From positions 1 through 48,380 of the forward strand of contig JALERC010000085.1 in assembly GCA_022763805.1 (NCBI GenBank): a stretch of DNA of 48,380 bases. The letters are read 5' to 3'. Numbering within the stretch: position 1 is the first letter of the stretch; each line of letters begins with the position of its first letter. Positions 1 through 11,598 of this stretch are shown here, one piece after another. This DNA is from Mycoplasmatota bacterium. Lineage in GTDB: Bacteria > Bacillota_I > Bacilli_A > RF39 > UBA660. The notes under the pieces are model-generated. The model worked only from the letters and a program-made list of their open reading frames with translations. It made no database searches and had not been told where the DNA came from. The position numbers were made by a program, and so were the translations under genes.

Positions 1-183
1 AGTGCTGGTGCTAACAAAATCGCTGTTATCAAATTAGTAAGAGAAATCACTGGTTTAGGTTTAAAAGAAGCTAAAGAAGTTGCTGATAATGGTGGAACTG
101 TTAAAGAAAAAGTATCTGCTGATGAAGCTGCTGAATTAAAAGCTAAATTCGAAGAAGCTGGCGCTACAATCGAATTAAAATAA
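1..183 (+). CDS. rplL: 50S ribosomal protein L7/L12, C-terminal part (5'-truncated by window)
   Basis: Frame 1 translates to [26 protein letters not shown]...[15 protein letters not shown], the L7/L12 C-terminal domain. It lies upstream of rsmC-rpoB as in Bacillus. Confidence 0.97.
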   Translation, partial: SAGANKIAVIKLVREITGLGLKEAKEVADNGGTVKEKVSADEAAELKAKFEEAGATIELK

Positions 184-196
184 TTAATAATATAAC

Positions 197-232
197 TTTA
201 AGCCTGTACTAAAAATGTAGTATGGGCTTAAA
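197..232 (+). terminator. Stem-loop after rplL
   Basis: TTTAAGCCTGTACT-loop-AGTATGGGCTTAAA inverted repeat with G-U pairs; no clear U-tract. Confidence 0.5.
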
Positions 233-256
233 CTCGTATATAAAGGAGGCGAAATT

Positions 257-841
257 ATGAATCATTATTTTACTGATAATACAGATTTAAAACATAATAT
301 CTGTGAAAAAAAGGTATCAATAAATGGTCATGATTTCGTTTTTTTTACTGATAATGGAGTATTTTCTAAAAATGGACTAGATTTTGGTACACGTTCTCTT
401 TTAGAATCATTACCTGATTATATTCGTGGTGATGTTCTAGATTTTGGATGTGGTTATGGACCTATTGGAATTTACTTAAAAAAAATTTTCAACTGTAATG
501 TTGATATGATTGACATAAATAATAGAAGCATAGAACTTGCTATAAAAAATGCTTTACAAAACAATGTTAATGTTAACGTATTTAATAGTAATATTTATGA
601 AAATGTTACAAAAAAATATGATTTCATTATAACTAATCCACCCATTAGAGTTGGTAAAAAAATTTTATATCAAATTTTATTTGATGCTAAAGACCATCTT
701 AAGGATGGTGGACAAATTTGGCTTGTTATTAACAAGGACCAAGGTGCTAAATCTTTACTTAAAGATTTAAATAAGCAATACAAAGCAGAACTAGTTTGTA
801 AAAATAAAGGATTTTATATTATTTGCGCCCAATATAATTGA
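257..841 (+). CDS. rsmC: Class I SAM-dependent methyltransferase, RsmC/YbxB (MTS) family
   Basis: HYF N-terminus, GVFS..GLDFGT, LDFGCGYG SAM motif and TNPP motif. RBS AAGGAGG. Position between rplL and rpoB matches B. subtilis ybxB. Confidence 0.88.
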   Translation: MNHYFTDNTDLKHNICEKKVSINGHDFVFFTDNGVFSKNGLDFGTRSLLESLPDYIRGDVLDFGCGYGPIGIYLKKIFNCNVDMIDINNRSIELAIKNALQNNVNVNVFNSNIYENVTKKYDFIITNPPIRVGKKILYQILFDAKDHLKDGGQIWLVINKDQGAKSLLKDLNKQYKAELVCKNKGFYIICAQYN

Positions 842-866
842 CTATTAGACATATCTTTGTTAAAAT
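838..866 (+). promoter_or_regulatory. SigA-type promoter of rpoBC
   Basis: TTGACT (838-843), 17-bp spacer, TAAAAT (861-866) with extended -10 TG. Confidence 0.7.
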
Positions 867-939
867 AATATATTGGCGACATATACTTTTTTTGCGTTGT
901 ATATGTAGACGTTAAAATTTAGTTTATAGGGGTGAAAAA

Positions 940-3900
940 GTGGCTTATACAGTTAAAAAATTTGGTGATCACCGTGAAAGACGTAGTTACTCAAAATCAG
1001 AAAACGCTATTGAATTAAACAATTTATTGGAAATTCAAAAAAAATCTTATGACTGGTTCATCCAAGAAGGTATTTCTGAAGTTTTTGATGATATTTTCCC
1101 AGTTGAAAGTTTTACAGGTAATTTATCATTAGAATTTGGAGATTTTTCTTTTGACGAACCACGTTATTCAATCAAAGGTTGCAAAGAAAGATATGCAACT
1201 TATGCTTCTCCATTAAAGGTAGAAGCTAGATTATTCAATCATGAAACTGGAGAAGTAAAAGAACAAGAAATTTACTTGGGAGACCTTCCAATAATGACAG
1301 AATCAGGAACATTTATTATAAATGGTGCTGAACGTGTTATTGTTTCTCAATTAGTTCGTTCTCCATCTGTATATTTTGGAAAAGAAATAGATAAGAAAAA
1401 TGGTAAATCTATTATTACTTCACAAATTATACCTAATCGTGGTACTTGGTTAGAATATGAAACTGATGCTAGAGATAACATCTATGTTCGTATCGATAGA
1501 ACTCGTAAAGTTCCTATAACAACATTACTTAGAGCTTTAGGTTTATCTAGTGATGAAGATATCTTTGATTTATTTGGAGAAGATTCTTACTTAGAAAGAA
1601 CAATCGAAAAAGATACTAATAAAAACACAGATGAAGCATTAATTGATATTCATTCAAAATTAAGACCAGGAGAACCTTCAACTTTAGATTCTGCTAAGAA
1701 CCAATTAATCACAAGATTCTTTGATTCATTTAGATATGATTTAGCTAAAGTTGGTCGTTATAAATTCAACAAAAAATTAAATGTAGTTGATCGTTTATTT
1801 GGAAACGTATTAGCTGAAAATATTATTGTTGATGGTGAAGTTGTAGTTCCAGAAAATACTGTTATTGATCACAAAGTACTTGATACTTTAAGACCAATCT
1901 TAAAGAATGGATATGGGGTAAAAGAAGTATTAATTAATGAAGAACTAGATTCTTATAATAAAGTTCAAATTGTTAAAGTATACTCAAAACTAAATCCTGA
2001 AAAAGTTATTAATGTTATTGGAAATGATCAAACTATTGATGTAAGACATTTAACAATTTCAGACATCTATGCAACTGTTTCATACTATTTAAACTTACTT
2101 GAAGGAGTAGGTAATTATGATGAAATAGACCACTTATCAAATAGACGTGTTCGTCAAGTTGGTGAGTTATTACAAAACCAATTCAAGATTGGTATGTCTC
2201 GTATTGAAAGAGTGATAAGAGATAGAATGTCTACTCAAGAAACTGTAGATGTAACTCCAAAAACATTAATCAATATTAGACCACTTACTGCTGCTATTAA
2301 AGAATTCTTTGGAAGTAGTCAGTTATCACAATTCATGGATCAAACTAACCCAGTTGCAGAATTAGCAAACAAGAGAAGACTTTCTTCTTTAGGACCTGGT
2401 GGTTTATCAAGAGATAGAGCTGGTATGGACGTTCGTGACGTTAATTCATCACACTATGGCCGTTTATGTCCTATCGAATCACCTGAAGGACCAAACATTG
2501 GGTTAATTACTGCATTAGCAAGTTATGCAAGAATAGATGATTATGGATTCATTATGACTCCATATAGAAAAGTAGTAGACAAAAAACTTACAGATGAAAT
2601 AGTATATATGACAGCTGATGAAGAATTAGATCATTATATTTCACAAGCTACTATTAAATTAAATGAAAATAAGGAAATTGTAGAAGATAGATTACCTGTT
2701 CGTTTCCGTGGTGAAAACATTATCGTTTCTGCTGATAAGATAGATTATGTTGACGTTTCTGCTCAACAAGTTGTATCTATTACAACTCAAGGTATTCCAT
2801 TCCTTGAACACGATGATGGTAAACGTGCACTAATGGGTTCAAACATGCAACGTCAAGCAATTCCATTATTAAAAGCTGAAGCACCATTAGTAGGAACAGG
2901 TGTAGAAGCTATATCTGCAAAAGATTCAGGTGCAGTTGTTATCTGTAAAGGTGACGGTGTAGTTGATTATGTAGATGCTAAAAAAATAGTTGTTAAAACT
3001 TTAAATGGTTCTGATACATATTACTTAAATGGTTATGAAAGAAGTAATGCTGGTACATGTTATCATCAAACTCCAATCGTAAGAGTAGGAGATTCTGTTT
3101 ATGCTGGAGAAGTAATCGGTGATGGACCATCAACTGATAAAGGTGAAATGGCTCTTGGTAGAAACGTTAGAGTTGCATTTATGAACTATAATGGATATAA
3201 CTATGAAGATGCTGTTATCTTAAATGAAAGACTAGTTAGAGATGATGTTTATACTTCAATACATATTGAAGATTATCAAATTGAATGTCGTGATACTAAA
3301 TTAGGACCTGAAGAATTTACAAGAGACATTCCAAATGTTGGGGATGAAGCTCGTAAAAATCTTGATGAAAATGGTATCGTTCGTATTGGTACAGAAGTTA
3401 ACGATGACGATATCTTAGTAGGTAAAGTTACTCCAAAAGGTGTTGCTGAACTTACTAGTGAAGAAAAATTATTACATGCTATTTTTGGAGAAAAGACTCG
3501 TGAAGTAAGAGATACATCTCTTCGTGTTCCACATGGTGGTGGAGGTATTGTACACGATGTTAAGATATTCACTAAAGAAGATAGTGATGAACTACCTGCT
3601 GGTGTTTCAAAAATGGTACGTGTTTATATAGCTCAAAAACGTAAAATAAGTGTTGGGGATAAAATGGCTGGACGTCATGGTAATAAAGGGGTTATCTCAT
3701 TAGTATTACCAAGTGAAGATATGCCATATACTGAAGATGGTGAACCAATCGATATTCTACTTAATCCACTAGGAGTTCCATCTCGTATGAACATTGGACA
3801 AATCCTAGAAATGCATTTAGGTGCAGCTGCTAAAAAATTAGGTATTTATGTTGCTACTCCAGTATTCGCTGGTGCTAATCGTGAAGAAATAATTGATGCA

Positions 3901-4563
3901 TTAAAAGAAGCTGGACTTGATGAAGATGGTAAAACTGTATTATATGATGGTAGAACAGGTGAACCATTTGATCATAGAGTTGCAGTTGGTGTAATGTATA
4001 TGATTAAACTACACCACATGGTTGATGATAAGCTTCATGCTCGTTCAACTGGACCTTACAGTTTAGTTACACAACAACCATTAGGTGGTAAAGCTCAATT
4101 CGGTGGACAAAGATTTGGAGAAATGGAAGTTTGGGCATTGTATGCTTATGGTGCTGCTAATGTACTTCAAGAAATGATGACTATTAAGTCAGATGACGTT
4201 GTAGGACGTGTTAAAGTTTATGAAGCATTAGTTAAAGGTAATCCAATTCCAAAATCTGGTGTACCAGAATCATTTAGAGTATTAATTAAAGAATTCCAAG
4301 CATTAGGACTTGATATTACAGTTCTTAATGAAGAAGGTAAATATGTTGAATTAAAAGAACTTGAAGAAAGTGAAAAAGATTCATATTTATCAAATGATGA
4401 ATTAGAAAAAGTATCAGAATCAGTTGAAATTTCAGATAATAATATTGATTCAGAAGATGATGATTTTGATGATTTAGACGAAGATGATGAAGACGAATTT
4501 GGAGATTCATTAGATGATTTAGAATTCGACATAGATAGTTTAAAAGAGGGGGATGAGGAATAA
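940..4563 (+). CDS. rpoB: DNA-directed RNA polymerase subunit beta
   Basis: [38 protein letters not shown] and GGQRFGEME motifs; acidic C-terminal tail; GTG start. Confidence 0.99.
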   Translation: MAYTVKKFGDHRERRSYSKSENAIELNNLLEIQKKSYDWFIQEGISEVFDDIFPVESFTGNLSLEFGDFSFDEPRYSIKGCKERYATYASPLKVEARLFNHETGEVKEQEIYLGDLPIMTESGTFIINGAERVIVSQLVRSPSVYFGKEIDKKNGKSIITSQIIPNRGTWLEYETDARDNIYVRIDRTRKVPITTLLRALGLSSDEDIFDLFGEDSYLERTIEKDTNKNTDEALIDIHSKLRPGEPSTLDSAKNQLITRFFDSFRYDLAKVGRYKFNKKLNVVDRLFGNVLAENIIVDGEVVVPENTVIDHKVLDTLRPILKNGYGVKEVLINEELDSYNKVQIVKVYSKLNPEKVINVIGNDQTIDVRHLTISDIYATVSYYLNLLEGVGNYDEIDHLSNRRVRQVGELLQNQFKIGMSRIERVIRDRMSTQETVDVTPKTLINIRPLTAAIKEFFGSSQLSQFMDQTNPVAELANKRRLSSLGPGGLSRDRAGMDVRDVNSSHYGRLCPIESPEGPNIGLITALASYARIDDYGFIMTPYRKVVDKKLTDEIVYMTADEELDHYISQATIKLNENKEIVEDRLPVRFRGENIIVSADKIDYVDVSAQQVVSITTQGIPFLEHDDGKRALMGSNMQRQAIPLLKAEAPLVGTGVEAISAKDSGAVVICKGDGVVDYVDAKKIVVKTLNGSDTYYLNGYERSNAGTCYHQTPIVRVGDSVYAGEVIGDGPSTDKGEMALGRNVRVAFMNYNGYNYEDAVILNERLVRDDVYTSIHIEDYQIECRDTKLGPEEFTRDIPNVGDEARKNLDENGIVRIGTEVNDDDILVGKVTPKGVAELTSEEKLLHAIFGEKTREVRDTSLRVPHGGGGIVHDVKIFTKEDSDELPAGVSKMVRVYIAQKRKISVGDKMAGRHGNKGVISLVLPSEDMPYTEDGEPIDILLNPLGVPSRMNIGQILEMHLGAAAKKLGIYVATPVFAGANREEIIDALKEAGLDEDGKTVLYDGRTGEPFDHRVAVGVMYMIKLHHMVDDKLHARSTGPYSLVTQQPLGGKAQFGGQRFGEMEVWALYAYGAANVLQEMMTIKSDDVVGRVKVYEALVKGNPIPKSGVPESFRVLIKEFQALGLDITVLNEEGKYVELKELEESEKDSYLSNDELEKVSESVEISDNNIDSEDDDFDDLDEDDEDEFGDSLDDLEFDIDSLKEGDEE

Positions 4564-7500
4564 TGGATGCAAATAATTTTGAAGGATTAAAAATTGCTAT
4601 TGCCTCACCTGAAAAAATCAGATCATGGTCTTATGGTGAAGTAAAAAAAGCTGAAACTATTAACTATCGTACTCTTAAACCTGAAAGAGATGGATTATTC
4701 TGTGAAAAAATCTTTGGACCTACTAAAGACTTTGAATGTTCTTGTGGTAAGTACAAAAGATTAAGATATAAAAATATTATATGTGATAGATGTGGTGTAG
4801 AAGTTACACGTGCTAAAGTTCGTCGTGAACGTATGGGGCATATTGAACTTGCTACTCCTGTATCTCATATTTGGTTCTTTAAGGGCATCCCATCAAGAAT
4901 GGGTCTTGTCCTTGACATGAGCCCTCGTGAACTTGAAGAAGTTTTATACTTCGTTTCATATGTAGTTCTTGATCCAGGACCAACTCCACTTGGAAAAAAA
5001 GAAACTATTTCTGATAAAGAATATAGAAGTTACTATGAAAAATATGGTAATACTTTCAGAGTAGGTATGGGTGCTGAAGCAATTAAAGAATTACTTGAAC
5101 AAGTAAATTTACAAGAAGAAGTAGATAAAATCAAAGCTGAAATTGAAGAAATTAAAGATTCATCAAGTCAAAAAAGAATACGTTTAATTAAACGTTTAGA
5201 TGTATTAAATGCGTTCTTAGAATCAGGAAATAAACCAGAATGGATGATTATTACAGCACTTCCTGTAATTCCACCTGAATTACGTCCTATGATTCAACTT
5301 GATGGTGGTAGATTTGCTACTTCAGATTTAAATGATTTATATAGACGTGTTATTAATCGTAATAATCGTTTAAAGAAATTAATGGATTTAGGTGCACCAT
5401 CAATCATTATTCAAAATGAAAAACGTATGTTACAAGAAGCAGTTGATGCATTATTTGATAATGGTAGACGTGGACGTAACATAACAGGTGCAGGAAATAG
5501 ACCTTTAAAATCTTTATCAAGTATGCTTAAAGGTAAACAAGGACGTTTCCGTCAAAACTTACTAGGTAAACGTGTTGACTATTCTGGTCGTTCTGTTATC
5601 GTAGTAGGACCTACATTAAAAATGTATGAATGTGGTATTCCTAAAGAAATGGCTTTAGAATTATTCAAACCACATGTTATTAATGGATTAGTTTCAAAAG
5701 AAATAGCAAGCAATATTAAAGCTGCTAAGAAAATGATTGAAAATCAAGACCCACGTGTTTGGGATATTGTAGAAGAAAAAATTAAAGAACACCCAGTTAT
5801 GCTTAACCGTGCTCCAACTCTACATAGACTTGGTATTCAAGCATTTGAACCAAAATTAATTGATGGTAGAAGTATTCGTCTTCATCCACTTGTTTGTGGA
5901 GCATTCAATGCGGACTTCGATGGAGACCAAATGGCTGTTCACGTTCCAATTAGTGAAGAAGCACAAGCTGAAGCTAGATTATTAATGTTAGGTGCTAATA
6001 ACATTCTTTCTCCTAAAAATGGAGATCCAGTTGTTACACCAGGACAAGATATGGTTCTTGGAAACTATTACATAACTATGGAAAAAGCAGGGGAACCTGG
6101 AGAAGGTAGAGTATTTAAAAATCCTAATGAAGCATTAATGGCTTATGAAAGAAGAGAAGTTACTTTACATTCACGTATAGCAATTCCTGCTAAAAACTTT
6201 AAATATAAATTATTCCCAGATGAATATTTAGATAAATATTTAGTTACTACAGTTGGAAAATTAAAATTCAACGAAATATTCCCAGATACATTCCAATACA
6301 TTAATGATGGAAGTGCTGAAAATATTGAAAGAGTAACTCCTAAAAAATATTTCTTACCAATGGGAACTAATATTAGAGAAGCTATTAAAGAAATGCCTTT
6401 AGTAGATCCATTCCCTAAAGGTGTATTAAATAAACTTATAGCTCAAATATATAAAAGATATCATACTACTGAAACATCAATTATGCTTGACAAGTTAAAA
6501 GATTTAGGTTTCAAATATTCTACTTTATCTGGTATTTCAATTTCAATTGCAGATATCAAAAGTTCAGAAAAGAAACCAGAAATCGTTGCTACTGCTCAAG
6601 CAAATGTTGATAAAGTAAATAAACAATATAAACGTGGTTTAATTACAGATCGTGAAAGATATGAAAAAGTTGTAGATATTTGGATGAAAGCAAAAGCAGA
6701 AGTATCTGCAGAACTTTCTGAAAGATTGAAAAATGATAAAGACTCATCAATAAGTATAATGACTAATTCTAAAGCACGTGGTGATTTAGGTTCTTATACT
6801 CAATTAGTTGGTATGCGTGGATTATTTAACACTCCATCAGGTGATTATGTTGAAATCCCAGTTATATCATCATTCTCAGATGGTATTACAATTTCAGAGT
6901 TCTTTATTTCTACACATGGTACTCGTAAAGGTGCCGTAGATACAGCCTTAAAAACTGCCGATGCAGGTTACTTAACTCGTCGTTTAGTTGATGTATCTCA
7001 AGATATAATTGTTAAAGAAGATGATTGTGGAACTCAAAACTTTGTAAATGTTGAAGCATTTGTTAAAGATGACGGTACAATTGTTGAAACATTATATGAT
7101 CGTATCTTAGGAAGATTTACTGGAAAAGCTGTATTAAATCCTGAAACTAAAGAAGTTATTGTTGAAAAAGATACTTATATTACTGAAAACTTAGCTGATA
7201 AAATTATTAAGGCTGGTGTAACTAGTGTTCCTTTAAGAACAGTATTAACTTGTCGTACAGAACATGGTGTATGTCAAAAATGTTATGGACGTAACCTTGC
7301 TACTGGATCAATTGTTGAAACTGGTGAAGCTGTTGGTATTATGGCTGCTCAATCAATTGGTGAACCTGGTACACAATTAACCATGAGAACGTTCAATACT
7401 GGTGGTGTTGCCGGAGATGATATTACTCAAGGGTTACCTCGTGTTCAAGAATTATTTGAAGCACGTAATCCTAAAGGTAAAGCTACAATTTCAGAAATTA

Positions 7501-8195
7501 ATGGTATTGTTAGTAAAATTGAAGATCATAATGGTCAATATAGTATCTTTATTAAAAATGATACAGAAACTCGTGAACATATTTCTAACTTTGGAGCAAA
7601 ATTACATGTTGAACTTAATGAAGAAGTACATGCAGGTCAAAGACTTACTGTTGGAGCTATCAACCCTAAAGAATTACTTGCTGTTACAGACCCATTAACT
7701 GTTCAAGAATATATTGTATTTGAAATTCAAAAAGTATACCGTTCACAAGGTGTTGACGTTTCAGATAAACACGTTGAAATTATTGCTAAACGTATGATTT
7801 CTAAAATTAAAATTGTTAATTCAGGAGATTCATTATACTTACCTGGTACAATGGTTAACATTAATAAATTTGGTGATTTAAATAAAGAACTAATTATTAA
7901 TGGTAAACGTCCAGCTACTGGTCGTCCAGTATTATTAGGTATTACTAAAGCTTCACTTGAAACTGATTCATTCTTATCAGCTGCTTCATTCCAAGAAACT
8001 ACACGTATCTTAACTGATGCTGCAATTCATGGAAAAGTTGACCACTTAGAAGGATTAAAAGAAAATGTTATCATCGGTAAATTAATTCCTGCTGGTACTG
8101 GTTATAAAAAATATAAAAAAGCAGATTATGAAGTAGAATTAGATATCATGAATGAAGAACCTTTAGAAGCTCTTGAACAAGAATTAATGAACTAA
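4563..8195 (+). CDS. rpoC: DNA-directed RNA polymerase subunit beta'
   Basis: Zn-finger CSCGKY...CDRCGVE, catalytic NADFDGD and [17 protein letters not shown] stop/start overlap with rpoB. Confidence 0.99.
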   Translation: MDANNFEGLKIAIASPEKIRSWSYGEVKKAETINYRTLKPERDGLFCEKIFGPTKDFECSCGKYKRLRYKNIICDRCGVEVTRAKVRRERMGHIELATPVSHIWFFKGIPSRMGLVLDMSPRELEEVLYFVSYVVLDPGPTPLGKKETISDKEYRSYYEKYGNTFRVGMGAEAIKELLEQVNLQEEVDKIKAEIEEIKDSSSQKRIRLIKRLDVLNAFLESGNKPEWMIITALPVIPPELRPMIQLDGGRFATSDLNDLYRRVINRNNRLKKLMDLGAPSIIIQNEKRMLQEAVDALFDNGRRGRNITGAGNRPLKSLSSMLKGKQGRFRQNLLGKRVDYSGRSVIVVGPTLKMYECGIPKEMALELFKPHVINGLVSKEIASNIKAAKKMIENQDPRVWDIVEEKIKEHPVMLNRAPTLHRLGIQAFEPKLIDGRSIRLHPLVCGAFNADFDGDQMAVHVPISEEAQAEARLLMLGANNILSPKNGDPVVTPGQDMVLGNYYITMEKAGEPGEGRVFKNPNEALMAYERREVTLHSRIAIPAKNFKYKLFPDEYLDKYLVTTVGKLKFNEIFPDTFQYINDGSAENIERVTPKKYFLPMGTNIREAIKEMPLVDPFPKGVLNKLIAQIYKRYHTTETSIMLDKLKDLGFKYSTLSGISISIADIKSSEKKPEIVATAQANVDKVNKQYKRGLITDRERYEKVVDIWMKAKAEVSAELSERLKNDKDSSISIMTNSKARGDLGSYTQLVGMRGLFNTPSGDYVEIPVISSFSDGITISEFFISTHGTRKGAVDTALKTADAGYLTRRLVDVSQDIIVKEDDCGTQNFVNVEAFVKDDGTIVETLYDRILGRFTGKAVLNPETKEVIVEKDTYITENLADKIIKAGVTSVPLRTVLTCRTEHGVCQKCYGRNLATGSIVETGEAVGIMAAQSIGEPGTQLTMRTFNTGGVAGDDITQGLPRVQELFEARNPKGKATISEINGIVSKIEDHNGQYSIFIKNDTETREHISNFGAKLHVELNEEVHAGQRLTVGAINPKELLAVTDPLTVQEYIVFEIQKVYRSQGVDVSDKHVEIIAKRMISKIKIVNSGDSLYLPGTMVNINKFGDLNKELIINGKRPATGRPVLLGITKASLETDSFLSAASFQETTRILTDAAIHGKVDHLEGLKENVIIGKLIPAGTGYKKYKKADYEVELDIMNEEPLEALEQELMN

Positions 8196-8196
8196 T

Positions 8197-8226
8197 AAAA
8201 GATAGTTTAAATACTATCTTTTTTTT
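8197..8226 (+). terminator. Intrinsic terminator after rpoC
   Basis: AAAAGATAGT-TTAAAT-ACTATCTTTT followed by a T run. Confidence 0.8.
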
Positions 8227-8250
8227 GATATAATAATTATGGTGATGTAT

Positions 8251-8820
8251 ATGAAGGAAATAGAAATTACAATGCAACTTTTAGAAAATTTAGATACAGC
8301 AAAACAAAAATTAGCTAATTTTAATTTTGTTGGTGAAGAAAAAATTATGGATACATATTTTTATGATCCTAATAAATTTAGTTCTATGCCAACTAAAGAT
8401 AAAGAATTAGGGGAATGTTTAAGACTTAGAAGTAAGAATCAAAAAATATATGTATCATATACAATAGATAAATACGACGAAGAAGGAAATTGGTTATATG
8501 CACAACATTTTGAAACTGAAGTTCCAAATGTACAAGCTGCTTTATCACAATTTAATCAAGCTAATTTAAAAGAAATGATGACTATAAGAAAAATAAGAAA
8601 TCATTTTACAAATGGAAACTATGAAATATTTATCGAAAATGTAGAAGCGCTTGGAAACTTTATTGAAATAGAAAAAATAATAAATGATGATAGAGATATC
8701 TTAGCACTTAAAAAAGAAATGAAAGAATTTGCAGGAACATTAAATATCCAAATGAGTGATGTATTAAAAACAGGAAAACCTGAAATGATGTTAAAAAAAT
8801 TAAATTTAGATGTAAAGTAA
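8251..8820 (+). CDS. CYTH-domain protein (triphosphate tunnel metalloenzyme / class IV adenylate cyclase-like)
   Basis: N-terminal EIE, DTYF, LRLR and GNFIEIE motifs. ATG 8251 chosen because GGTGA RBS precedes it (ORF track start 8239). Confidence 0.75.
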   Translation: MKEIEITMQLLENLDTAKQKLANFNFVGEEKIMDTYFYDPNKFSSMPTKDKELGECLRLRSKNQKIYVSYTIDKYDEEGNWLYAQHFETEVPNVQAALSQFNQANLKEMMTIRKIRNHFTNGNYEIFIENVEALGNFIEIEKIINDDRDILALKKEMKEFAGTLNIQMSDVLKTGKPEMMLKKLNLDVK

Positions 8821-8843
8821 AAGAGAGTATATACTCTCTTTTT
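8819..8843. terminator. Bidirectional terminator between the CYTH gene and convergent minus-strand genes
   Basis: Perfect palindrome AAAAGAGAGTAT/ATACTCTCTTTT. Confidence 0.7.
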
Positions 8844-8953
8844 ATCATACTCTGACATTATCATTTATCTCAAATTTATTATTGTTCATTTTAAGTACCC
8901 CCATATAAAAATAATAGTGTATATATAGACACAAAAAAAGAAAATTTCAAATC

Positions 8954-9748
8954 TTAATATAGATTCATTTTCTTTTCTTTACCATATTCTCCATTCAATT
9001 GTTTATTAAAATAATACTTACTTTCATCATTATTAAAAATCATATTAGATAATTCATCTGAATTTAAAAATTCATCTTTTTTAAATAAGTATTCAATTAA
9101 TTCTTTATTTTCAATATTATTACAATACATAAATAGGGATGCAAAAAATTCAATATTATTTAACCATATTTCATAATTTAATGTTCCATTAGGAGTTCTT
9201 ACTTCAAGGGTATTTTTGATGCAATTGTTCGTAACATAATTATATAGATTTAGTCCATTATTTTTATGAAACGTTCTAAAATATCCTATACCAATTGCTC
9301 TATTATCATAACATTTTATAAGTGATTTAAGAGTATTTCCTAGTTCATGAGCATAAGTGTGATAATCTTTTCTTAGTTTATCACAATCACATTTTGAAAA
9401 TTCATATATTACTGGTTCAGATAAATACCACATTTTAAGCATTGTTGAAAAATTTTCTTTAGATACAATTGAATTATCAAAATGAATATGTGCTCCTTCA
9501 TTTCCTTTTATATAACCTTTATACATATTAATTAATTCTAAACATTGTTTTAATTCATTAATTTTTTCAACTGTTAATATAGGACTAATTGCTTCTTTTA
9601 TATTAGAAATACAACTATCATATTCTATTTTAAATTCACTGTTCATTTTATTTTTTTGATTATTTATTTCTTTAATGTTATATGGAGAATTAAACTCTAT
9701 TTCACATCCAAATTTAATATCATTACTTATATTAATATTTTCACGCAT
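8954..9748 (-). CDS. Putative amidoligase (COOH-NH2 ligase / glutamine synthetase-like fold)
   Basis: FGCEIEF, EAISPIL, GAHIHF and TLEVRTPNGTLN motifs typical of Amidoligase_2. ATG 9748 has GAGGTG RBS. Confidence 0.8.
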   Translation of the reverse strand: MRENINISNDIKFGCEIEFNSPYNIKEINNQKNKMNSEFKIEYDSCISNIKEAISPILTVEKINELKQCLELINMYKGYIKGNEGAHIHFDNSIVSKENFSTMLKMWYLSEPVIYEFSKCDCDKLRKDYHTYAHELGNTLKSLIKCYDNRAIGIGYFRTFHKNNGLNLYNYVTNNCIKNTLEVRTPNGTLNYEIWLNNIEFFASLFMYCNNIENKELIEYLFKKDEFLNSDELSNMIFNNDESKYYFNKQLNGEYGKEKKMNLY

Positions 9749-9801
9749 AAAAATCACCTCATATGCACGATATTATAACATATAATTGAAAAAAAAAGAA
9801 A

Positions 9802-10755
9802 TTACTCTTTATCAAGCAATTCTTTAATCTTTTCAGTATTTTTAAAATTAACTTTAGCAATATCGTTTAATTTTTCAAAACCATATTTTTTAACAATTTT
9901 AACAGCCACATCATCAACGGCAGTTCCAGCACCTTTAGGAATTAAAGTGTTTATATTTTCACAAATTTTTGCAAATTCTTTAATAAAAATGTATCTGCTA
10001 ATTAATGATGCACAAGCAACACTTAAACATTTATCTTCAGCTTTTGTCATAAAGGTAACGTCTCTAACAACATTAGATGTTGCTTTTAAATAATTATAAT
10101 AGACATACTTTTCTGCAAATTGATCTACAACAATATAATCATAATTATAACCTTTAAGCTTTAAATTCATAAGAACTTTATTATGTAGTATAGCTTTAAG
10201 TTTATTCATATTATAACCATCTTTAAATCTTTTATTATATTCGCTATTAGATAATACTAAAGTAGAATGATCTATTTTTTTATAAAATTTTGGTACTACT
10301 TCTAATATTTTTTCGTCTGTCATTTTTTTTGAATCTTTTATTCCAAGTTCTTCTAAAAAAGGAATATCTTCTTTTTTAACATAAGCTGCTGTTACAACAA
10401 TTGGGCCAAAATAATCACCTGTACCAACTTCATCAGAACCGATTGTAGTAAAATTATAAACTGATGGGTCATTATTTTCTTTTTTCTTTTTATCATCTTT
10501 TTTATCTTCACTATTAGTGACTTCTAATTTTTTTGTAGGATTATTTCTTCTTTCCATTTCCATCCATAATTTAGCACTTAAATCAGCATCTCTTCCTTGA
10601 AAAACAGCTTTTCCCGATTCATATAATGTAACTACTGTATCAGCATCATCTGCTTGAAAAACAGCATATGGTGGAGTTTTAGGACGTTTAAAATCTTCAA
10701 AGAATTCTTGCATTTCATTCTTAGTTTTTTCACATACTTTTAATGTTATAGTCAT
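9802..10755 (-). CDS. rnhC: Ribonuclease HIII
   Basis: N-terminal TBP-like domain (TLYESGKAVFQG), IGSDEVGTGDYFGP, DSKKM, DQF and VACASLISR. ATG 10755 with GGAGGTG RBS. Confidence 0.95.
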   Translation of the reverse strand: MTITLKVCEKTKNEMQEFFEDFKRPKTPPYAVFQADDADTVVTLYESGKAVFQGRDADLSAKLWMEMERRNNPTKKLEVTNSEDKKDDKKKKENNDPSVYNFTTIGSDEVGTGDYFGPIVVTAAYVKKEDIPFLEELGIKDSKKMTDEKILEVVPKFYKKIDHSTLVLSNSEYNKRFKDGYNMNKLKAILHNKVLMNLKLKGYNYDYIVVDQFAEKYVYYNYLKATSNVVRDVTFMTKAEDKCLSVACASLISRYIFIKEFAKICENINTLIPKGAGTAVDDVAVKIVKKYGFEKLNDIAKVNFKNTEKIKELLDKE

Positions 10756-10839
10756 ATAGCACCTCCAAATATATTTTATCATAAAAGACTTTATTTTTAT
10801 ACACAAATATAATATAATTTAAATAGGGAAGGTGATTCA

Positions 10840-11553
10840 ATGAATATTGTTGATATAATAATAATCATTTTCATATTACTTGGTGGAGTAATTGGTTTAA
10901 AAAGAGGGGCTATTAGGGAATTAGTTAGTTTATGCGGTTTTGCAATTATTGTAATAATATCTCTTTTATTTAAATCACCACTTGCAAAAATTCTATGTAA
11001 ATTTTTTCCTTTTTTCTCATTTAAAGGATTATTTGCGGGAGTAACAGTATTAAATATTTTAGTATATGAAATTATTTCATTTCTAATAATTTTATCAATA
11101 CTAACAGGTATACTACAAATTGTAATATTTGCAAGTAACATATTAGAAAAGATTATTAAATTAACATTAATATTTACATTACCATCTAAGCTTATTGGAT
11201 TCGTATTAGGACTTATTGAAAATTATATTGTTACATTCGTAGTACTTTATATTCTATCATTACCTGTATTTCAAGTTAATGTATTAATTAATTCTACATT
11301 TAAAGATAAAATATTAAATAATACTCCAATTCTAAATATTTTTACTCAAAAATTCGTGGATTTAGGTAATGATTTTGTTGAACTAAAAGATAAATATAAA
11401 TTTGAAGAAGATAAAGAAAAATTAAATTTAGAATCTTTAGATTTACTACTTAAATATAAGTTAGTTGATGTAGATTTAGTTGATGATTTAATTGAGTCAA
11501 ATAAACTTAAGATAGACAATGTAGAGAGTATTCTAAAAAACTATAGAGATTAA
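10840..11553 (+). CDS. cvpA: CvpA / colicin V production family membrane protein
   Basis: MNIVDIIIII...GLKRGAIREL start, four hydrophobic segments, KLIGFVLG. Divergent from rnhC as in Bacilli. Confidence 0.85.
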   Translation: MNIVDIIIIIFILLGGVIGLKRGAIRELVSLCGFAIIVIISLLFKSPLAKILCKFFPFFSFKGLFAGVTVLNILVYEIISFLIILSILTGILQIVIFASNILEKIIKLTLIFTLPSKLIGFVLGLIENYIVTFVVLYILSLPVFQVNVLINSTFKDKILNNTPILNIFTQKFVDLGNDFVELKDKYKFEEDKEKLNLESLDLLLKYKLVDVDLVDDLIESNKLKIDNVESILKNYRD

Positions 11554-11574
11554 TAGACTTAGTCTCTTTTTTTT
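11545..11574 (+). terminator. Intrinsic terminator after cvpA
   Basis: AGAGATTAA-TAGAC-TTAGTCTCT followed by a T run. Confidence 0.65.
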
Positions 11575-11598
11575 GTTAAAATATTAATGGTGATTTAA

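Noticed and set aside
3276-4532. Minus-strand ORFs inside rpoB, and similar antisense or alternate-frame ORFs at 7402, 8619, 10797, 12335, 13485, 16535, 16720, 18042, 18435, 21742, 24728, 25177, 25928, 30577, 31903, 35046, 37050, 39627, 40853, 45405, 46152 and 47958
   Set aside because: Shadow frames overlapping well-supported genes; compositions mirror the real gene's codon bias and show no recognisable motifs.
4380-4563. Highly acidic RpoB C-terminal tail
   Set aside because: Acidic low-complexity tails are common in Firmicute RpoB; not distinctive.
10756-10839. Missing zapA between rnhC and cvpA
   Set aside because: Simple gene loss or relocation that cannot be judged from one window.
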